Source: Mobula hypostoma (taxonomy: Eukaryota). Taken from it: a stretch of DNA of 64,000 bases. Position 1 is the stretch's first letter. The number at the start of each line of letters is the position of its first letter. This document shows, in pieces, positions 61,201 through 64,000 of the stretch. The position numbers and the translations under genes were made by a program. The stretch lies in contig NC_086107.1 of assembly GCF_963921235.1 (NCBI RefSeq), positions 104,286,001-104,350,000 of the forward strand, read 5' to 3'. The notes beneath the pieces are model-generated. The model saw only the letters and a program-made list of their open reading frames with translations, did not search any database and was not told the origin of the DNA.

Positions 61201-62405
61201 TTTTGGACCCCTTATCTAAGAAAAGATGTGTTGGCATTGGAGAGAGTCCAGATGAGATTCATGGGAATGATTCCAGAATTAAAGGGTTAATGCATGAGGA
61301 GCATTTGATGACTCTGGGCTTGTACTCGCTGGAACTTAGAAGAGTTGGTGGGGGGGCATCTCATTGAAACCTATTGAAAATCTAAAAGCTTTGATAAAGT
61401 GGATGTGGAGAGGGTGATTCCTGTAGTGGGCGAGTCTAGGACCAGAGGGCACAACCTCTGAATAGAAAGACGTCCATTTAGAACAGAGATGAGGAGGAAT
61501 TTCGTGAACCAGAGAGTGGTGAATCTGTAGAATTCATTGCCATGGATGACTATGGAGGGCGAGTCATTGTGTATAATTAAAGCAAAGGTTGATAGGTTCT
61601 TGGTTAGTCAGGGCGTCAAAGGCTAAGGAGGGAAGGCAGGAGAATGGGGTTGAGAGGGATAATATATCAGCCATGAAGGAATCCGTCAAGAGGACCACAA
61701 TTTGTCATATAGCGTTTGGGGGCCTCTGCCTCAATGACCCAGAGAGCTGTGTTGGCTGGAGTCAGGGCCTTGTGCTTTGACTTCTAGTAAGGTCACCCAT
61801 GCCAAACAAGTTTAAGGGCAGAGGCCAGACTAAGACTGGTCCACCGGTCCTCCTGGTTCAGGGGTTTAGCTCAGGGCTAACAACCCTGACTGGTCAAAAA
61901 AATTGCTACGCAAACAGCGATGCAGAATCCTACATCTGTGTGCGTCAATATTCCTGAGTCTCCGCCCGGGATTTGCATGACTGACAGTAGTGGAAACCAC
62001 GAGGAAGATATTGGCACAATGAAGGAAGCCCTGAACAGTTCCAAGATCAAGAGAGATGGAGGAACTTCATTGCTGCCCTAAGCACCAGCAGCATAACAGG
62101 CAGTAACTAACTAACATGATGGATTGACATCGTAGATTTGATGAGCCAAGTGGCCTAATTCTGCTCCTATGTCTTATATACGTACTTTGAAAGTAAATTT
62201 ACTTTGAACTTTGAATCTGCGTGAATAGACAACCCCCTCATTGCGCAAGAGTAAAGGTGGTACCTGAAAGCACGTTCATACTGTGCCTTTCAAATGAAGA
62301 TGGCTGCTCTTTTTGGTGTCTGGGCTTCAGCTTGACATGTGGGTTGGCCTGAACCATTAGGACATCCTGCCGTTTCCGCCTCTGTTTCTGTTGCAAGAGA
62401 TTCCT
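17947..62405 (-). CDS. TULP2: Tubby-family protein gene (tubby-related protein, most like TULP2), 11 coding exons in window, 5' exon(s) outside the window
   Basis: Exons 62264-62405, 52072-52191, 48977-49087, 44728-44865, 41009-41184, 32290-32466, 31105-31217, 26165-26279, 22164-22262, 20789-20960 and 17947-18080 all have AG/GT boundaries and compatible phases, totalling 1497 nt (498 aa + TAG). Contains the N-terminal [21 protein letters not shown] helix, an acidic linker and a complete tubby domain ending ...[12 protein letters not shown]. Family is near certain; the paralogue symbol is tentative. Confidence 0.9.
18409..18866 (+). mobile_element. Possible solo LTR inserted into CR1
   Basis: Interrupts a CR1. 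Begins TGTTGGA and ends TCCAATA, with a TATA-like TCTATAAA and AATAAA inside. No clear TSD. Confidence 0.4.
19167..19301 (+). mobile_element. Penelope tail with hammerhead core inserted in a CR1
   Basis: Starts CTGATGA-AGGCT-CTC-AGCCT-GAAA-CATTGACT. 11-bp TSD TCACCAATGCC (19156-66, 19302-12). Confidence 0.8.
20789..20960 (-). CDS. Tubby domain exon 5
   Basis: ttgtcttcaccag|GAA...GAC T|gtgagt; [57 protein letters not shown]. Confidence 0.95.
21751..21990. mobile_element. Older inverted pair of Penelope tails
   Basis: ACACACACAAACTGCTGGAGGAACTCAGC...TCAGGACT followed by the reverse-orientation copy ...GCTGAGTTCCTCCAGCATTTTTAGTGTGTT. Confidence 0.75.
22164..22262 (-). CDS. Tubby domain exon 4
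   Basis: ctctcacaatgcag|GAA...AAC|gtgagt; [33 protein letters not shown]. Confidence 0.95.
23535..23686 (-). mobile_element. tRNA-derived SINE; related copy at ~20100-20300(+)
   Basis: A-box-like TGGCGCAATGAC and B-box-like GGTTCCAATCC, shared body CTTTCCATCCGTGCYGGGTTGAG. Confidence 0.65.
25470..26145 (+). mobile_element. Non-autonomous retroelement with GC-rich head and (AATCT)n tail; related copy at ~23690-24212
   Basis: Starts AAGATGGCGG and ends ...GTGTCCTCATAATCTAATCTAATCT. It ends ~20 bp from the donor of the tubby exon at 26165. Confidence 0.65.
26165..26279 (-). CDS. Tubby domain exon 3
   Basis: ttctccctggcacag|G...TAC|gtgagt; [38 protein letters not shown]. Confidence 0.95.
27440..28225 (-). 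mobile_element. CR1 LINE 3' fragment, relatively young
   Basis: 180-aa uninterrupted RT C-terminal ORF at 27498-28040 with a TTCTAT-type tail. Confidence 0.9.
28226..29020 (-). mobile_element. Nimb/I-clade LINE derivative (ORF1 end joined to 3' tail)
   Basis: Minus-strand [36 protein letters not shown] resembles the fish Nimb ORF1 C-terminus as recalled. 3' end GTAGATGGCGGTAATGCACCT...CCAACCGCCATTAAAC. Confidence 0.55.
31105..31217 (-). CDS. Tubby domain exon 2
   Basis: cactccctcag|ATT...TTG AG|gtgagc; [38 protein letters not shown]. Confidence 0.95.
31670..31885. repeat. (CT)n/(CA)n microsatellite-rich tract
   Basis: Directly visible. Confidence 0.9.
32290..32466 (-). CDS. Tubby domain exon 1
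   Basis: tttttatccag|GAG...AAG|gtactg; [59 protein letters not shown]. Confidence 0.95.
36447..37102 (+). mobile_element. CR1 LINE 3' fragment
   Basis: [47 protein letters not shown]...; (TCTTATGG)n tail. Confidence 0.9.
37759..38872 (-). mobile_element. Rex1/Babar LINE 3' portion
   Basis: 295-aa ORF with LCNWIL.FLT...[14 protein letters not shown]...FADDTT...[10 protein letters not shown]. Confidence 0.9.
38947..39034. repeat. Compound microsatellite (TC)n(TA)n(TG)n(CA)n
   Basis: Directly visible, abutting the Tc1 left end. Confidence 0.95.
39035..40634 (-). mobile_element. Tc1-family (DD34E, IR/DR type) transposon, near full length, inactivated
   Basis: Transposase 40278 to 39257 ([12 protein letters not shown]...GRPRKL...VLWTDE...QQDNDPKH...[12 protein letters not shown], 34 residues between D and E) with two frameshifts. 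~200-bp inverted repeats carry the repeated GCAAAAGTTTGGGCACCC motif. The right end lacks its outermost ~24 bp. Confidence 0.93.
41009..41184 (-). CDS. Tubby-family acidic linker exon (phase 1-0)
   Basis: ctgtcctcccattcag|CT...AAT|gtgagc; [59 protein letters not shown], equivalent to the acidic exon before the tubby domain. Confidence 0.8.
41845..42822 (+). mobile_element. CR1 LINE 3' fragment interrupted at ~42190-42583 by another (RTE-like) insertion
   Basis: [23 protein letters not shown]...RNLFSQR resumes at CCAGAGGGTGGTGAAT (~42584). Confidence 0.75.
43424..43830 (+). mobile_element. Short non-autonomous RTE-like element; copies at ~9775-10170(-), ~29225-29614(-), ~60620-61024(-), ~61686-62110(+)
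   Basis: Five ~400-bp copies share GCGTGCCTCAATGACC...GGGTCACCCATGCCAAACAGGTCAAAGGGTAGAGGCCAGACTAAGAG. The RTE assignment comes from recalled similarity to fish RTE/Expander 5' UTRs. Confidence 0.6.
44728..44865 (-). CDS. Tubby-family linker exon (phase 1-1)
   Basis: cctgtctgtttccag|CG...AGA G|gtgaac; 138 nt: [53 protein letters not shown] resembles TUB VQILTVG. Confidence 0.75.
45324..45648 (+). repeat. Minisatellite, ~29-bp unit GGAGGTGAATCTCTGGAGAAAGTTTCAGT, ~11 copies
   Basis: Directly visible tandem units. Confidence 0.92.
45915..45950 (-). ncRNA. Minimal hammerhead ribozyme motif, inverted twin
   Basis: Exact reverse complement of 45974-46009. Confidence 0.7.
45974..46009 (+). ncRNA. 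Minimal (Penelope-type) hammerhead ribozyme motif
   Basis: AGTC-CTGACGA-AGGGTCTCGGCCT-GAAA-CGTT-GACT: stem I AGTC/GACT, CUGANGA and GAAA cores, stem II AGG/CCT, palindromic ACGT in place of stem III, NUH triplet GUU. Confidence 0.7.
46100..46752 (-). mobile_element. CR1 LINE 3' fragment, young
   Basis: Uninterrupted [19 protein letters not shown]...RWD ORF and (TTATATGG)n tail. Confidence 0.9.
46760..48525 (-). mobile_element. Rex1/Babar LINE, degraded
   Basis: [11 protein letters not shown]...FNFSL..SEVP.CFK.ASII.VP...[18 protein letters not shown]. Confidence 0.8.
48977..49087 (-). CDS. Tubby-family linker exon (phase 1-1)
   Basis: ctccattctgtacag|GA...AAA G|gtgaga; 111 nt, open: [37 protein letters not shown]. 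Confidence 0.65.
49315..49942 (+). mobile_element. CR1 LINE 3' fragment, degraded
   Basis: Nucleotide similarity to the other CR1 copies in the window. Confidence 0.75.
52072..52191 (-). CDS. Tubby-family linker exon (phase 1-1)
   Basis: ttcctaattccacacag|AT...AAA G|gtcggc; 120 nt, open: [40 protein letters not shown]. Supported by phase and splice sites only. Confidence 0.65.
53050..53780 (+). pseudogene. MNS1: MNS1 (meiosis-specific nuclear structural 1) partial pseudogene or semi-processed retrocopy
   Basis: 53224-53453 encodes [76 protein letters not shown], matching recalled MNS1 KRDAEIAKTMMEEH...[26 protein letters not shown]. It ends at a donor AG|GTAAAC and has no acceptor. Upstream is a frameshifted MNS1-like N-terminus from ATG 53132 (MGKRKSLT...). 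No other MNS1 exons are visible in the window. Confidence 0.8.
53780..54062 (+). mobile_element. CR1 3' end, same subfamily as 46100-46752
   Basis: [32 protein letters not shown]...RWD* and TTATATGGTTATATGG tail. Confidence 0.9.
57135..58245 (+). mobile_element. Penelope-like element 3' part (GIY-YIG endonuclease remnant plus hammerhead-bearing tail), interrupted by the hAT MITE
   Basis: Degenerate GIY-YIG region ...GDHFIKH...AKHFNS...VSVHGLLLC...[21 protein letters not shown], then a pyrimidine-rich UTR and CTGAAGAAGGGGCTCGCCCAAAATGTTGACT. A second GIY-YIG fragment lies at ~27235-27410. Confidence 0.8.
57598..58024. mobile_element. Palindromic hAT-type MITE carrying an inverted-duplicated Tc1-derived fragment
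   Basis: Ends CAGGGGTGCAGTGCTAG / CTAGCACTGCACCCCTT, 8-bp TSD CCCTTGAC (57590-97, 58025-32), ~195-bp inverted arms. Confidence 0.85.
58761..59284. mobile_element. Palindromic mariner-derived MITE with nested TIR pair
   Basis: TA flanks. TIR (C/T)GAGGGGTGATTGATAAGTTTGTGGCCT is also repeated internally at ~58943 and ~59104. Arms encode the mariner C-terminus [27 protein letters not shown]. Confidence 0.85.
59577..60575 (+). mobile_element. CR1 LINE 5'/internal fragment (ORF1 esterase end plus endonuclease), degraded
   Basis: [27 protein letters not shown] (SGNH-esterase-type ORF1 end), followed by a decayed LKVLCLNA...NIQGY...[11 protein letters not shown] endonuclease region. Confidence 0.75.
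61030..61680 (+). mobile_element. CR1 LINE 3' fragment, degraded
   Basis: Similarity to the other CR1 copies. Confidence 0.75.
62264..62405 (-). CDS. Tubby-family exon: N-terminal basic helix (IFT-A-binding/NLS-type region)
   Basis: tgttttctcag|AGG...TCA G|gtacc. [22 protein letters not shown] resembles TUB [21 protein letters not shown]. Confidence 0.9.
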
Positions 62406-62517
62406 CTGAGAAAACAGGGACAAATAACCAAAAGAGCTGTTACAGCACAGGCAGAGTCAGAGTGAAGCTCCCTCTACGTTGTCCCAGCTACTTCCAGAGC
62501 AGTTACAGAACTCCAAA

Positions 62518-63130
62518 CACTCGGTGGCCACTTTCTAGGGTGCACCTGTACACCTGCTCGTTAATGCAAGTATCTAATTAGCCAATTACGCGGCAGCAAC
62601 TCAATGCACAAAATCGTGCAGACATAGTCAAGAGGTTCAGTTATTCAGACTAAGCATCTGAATGGGGAAGTGAGTTTGACTGTGGAGTGATTGTTGGTGC
62701 CAGATGGGGTGGTTTGAGGATCTCAGAAACTGCTGATCTCCTGGGATTTTCATGCACAACAGCATCTAGGGCAGAGGTTCCCAACCTTCTTTATGCCGTG
62801 GACCCCTACCATTAACCGAGGGGTGTCTGTGGACCCCAGCTTGGGAACCACTGCTCTAGAGTTTACTAACAATGGTGTGAAAAACAAAAATAAAAGCATC
62901 CAGTGAGTGGCAGTTCTTGGCGAAAATGCCTTGTTAATGAGAGAGGTCAGAGGAGAATGGCCAGACTGGTTCAAGCTGACAGGAAGGCAACAGTAACTCA
63001 AAAACCACACGTTACAACAGTGGTGTGTAGAAGAGCATCTCTGAATGGACAAATCGTTGAACCTTGAATAGATGGGCCACAGCAGTGGAAGACCACAAAC
63101 ATACGCTCAGTGGCCTCTATTATTAGGTAT
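62518..63130 (+). mobile_element. Non-autonomous Tc1/mariner-derived element with nested hAT MITE (62772-62853)
   Basis: Shares its body with 5212-5739 (GGTGCCAGATGGGGTGGTTTGAG...CTCAGAAACTGCTGAT...GAGGTCAGAGGAGAAT). Confidence 0.7.
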
Positions 63131-64000
63131 AGGACATTTCGGAGGCATCTACATGGGCATGTGAACATACAGTGAAGCAAGGGATCTGGGTCATGTGCAG
63201 GTTTGGTTTAATTCAGCCTCATGATCAGCAGAGACAGTTAATTATCCCAGCATGATCAGCGCAGGTTTGATACAGAGAAATTGCCCCAAGATGCATCCCC
63301 AGGGAAGAAGCAGCAAGTTCATTCACTTTCAACATTGCTACTACCATTGGGCGGGAGGTACAGAAGCCTTAGGTCCCACAGCACCAGGTTCAGGAACAGT
63401 TGTTACTCTTCAGCCGTCAAGTTCCTGAACCAGTGTGGATAACTTCACTCACCTCAACTCTGAACTGATCCCACAACCTATAAACTCACTTTCAAGGGCT
63501 CTACGACACACGTTCTCAGTATTAGTGATTTACTTTTGTATTGGCATGGCTTGTCTTCAATTGCACACTGGTGGTTTGCCCGTCTCTGTGTGCAGTTTTT
63601 ATCGCATTTCCCTGCTTTACTGTGAATGCCCGCAAGAAAACTGATCTCAAGGTACAGTACTGTACAAAAGTCTCAGGCAGCTACGTCTCGATCTTGAACC
63701 AGCGTGGATAACTTCACTCACTTCAACGCTGACTCAATTGTATTTCTTTATTTTCCCGTAAGTCCCCGCAAGAAAATTAACCTCTGAAGTGACATATATG
63801 TACTTTGATAATAAATTTTCTTTGTACTGTACTTTGAGTCTTTTCCAAATCCTGCCCCAAACATTTAGTGATTGCAGACACTGGCAGACTATCCCAGAAG
63901 CTACAAACACATCATTTCAAGGCCCGCCCAGCCGCCTACCTGATTGTCAAACCTCTGCTGCCGCAGACTCTGACTATCCTCGTCCAAAACACTGTGTGAG

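Overview
Repeat-rich eukaryotic DNA from a vertebrate. The CR1, Rex1/Babar, Penelope and SINE repertoire suggests a cartilaginous fish, probably a ray; this is an inference. Two spliced genes converge tail to tail. On the + strand is a three-exon GARIN/FAM71-family gene (~1.9-11.5 kb). On the - strand is a tubby-family gene, most like TULP2, for which I assembled 11 coding exons (62405 to 17947) with GT-AG sites and consistent phases, giving 498 aa plus stop. Its first exon(s) lie beyond the right edge. Between the genes are a Chapaev3 transposon remnant and a 1.45-kb minisatellite of 41-bp units, each carrying a CTCF-like motif. The introns hold CR1, Rex1/Babar, RTE-like, Nimb-like, Penelope, Tc1, mariner and hAT elements. 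The most notable observations are: (1) an apparently semi-processed MNS1 retrocopy fused to a CR1 3' tail, antisense in a tubby intron; (2) many Penelope-type minimal hammerhead ribozyme motifs, including a near-perfect ~225-bp palindromic pair with a 13-bp target-site duplication (TSD); (3) the tandem CTCF-like array facing a single opposite-orientation CTCF-like site. Most ORFs in the six-frame track are repeat fragments or noise. Family and orthology calls rest on recalled sequences, not database searches.
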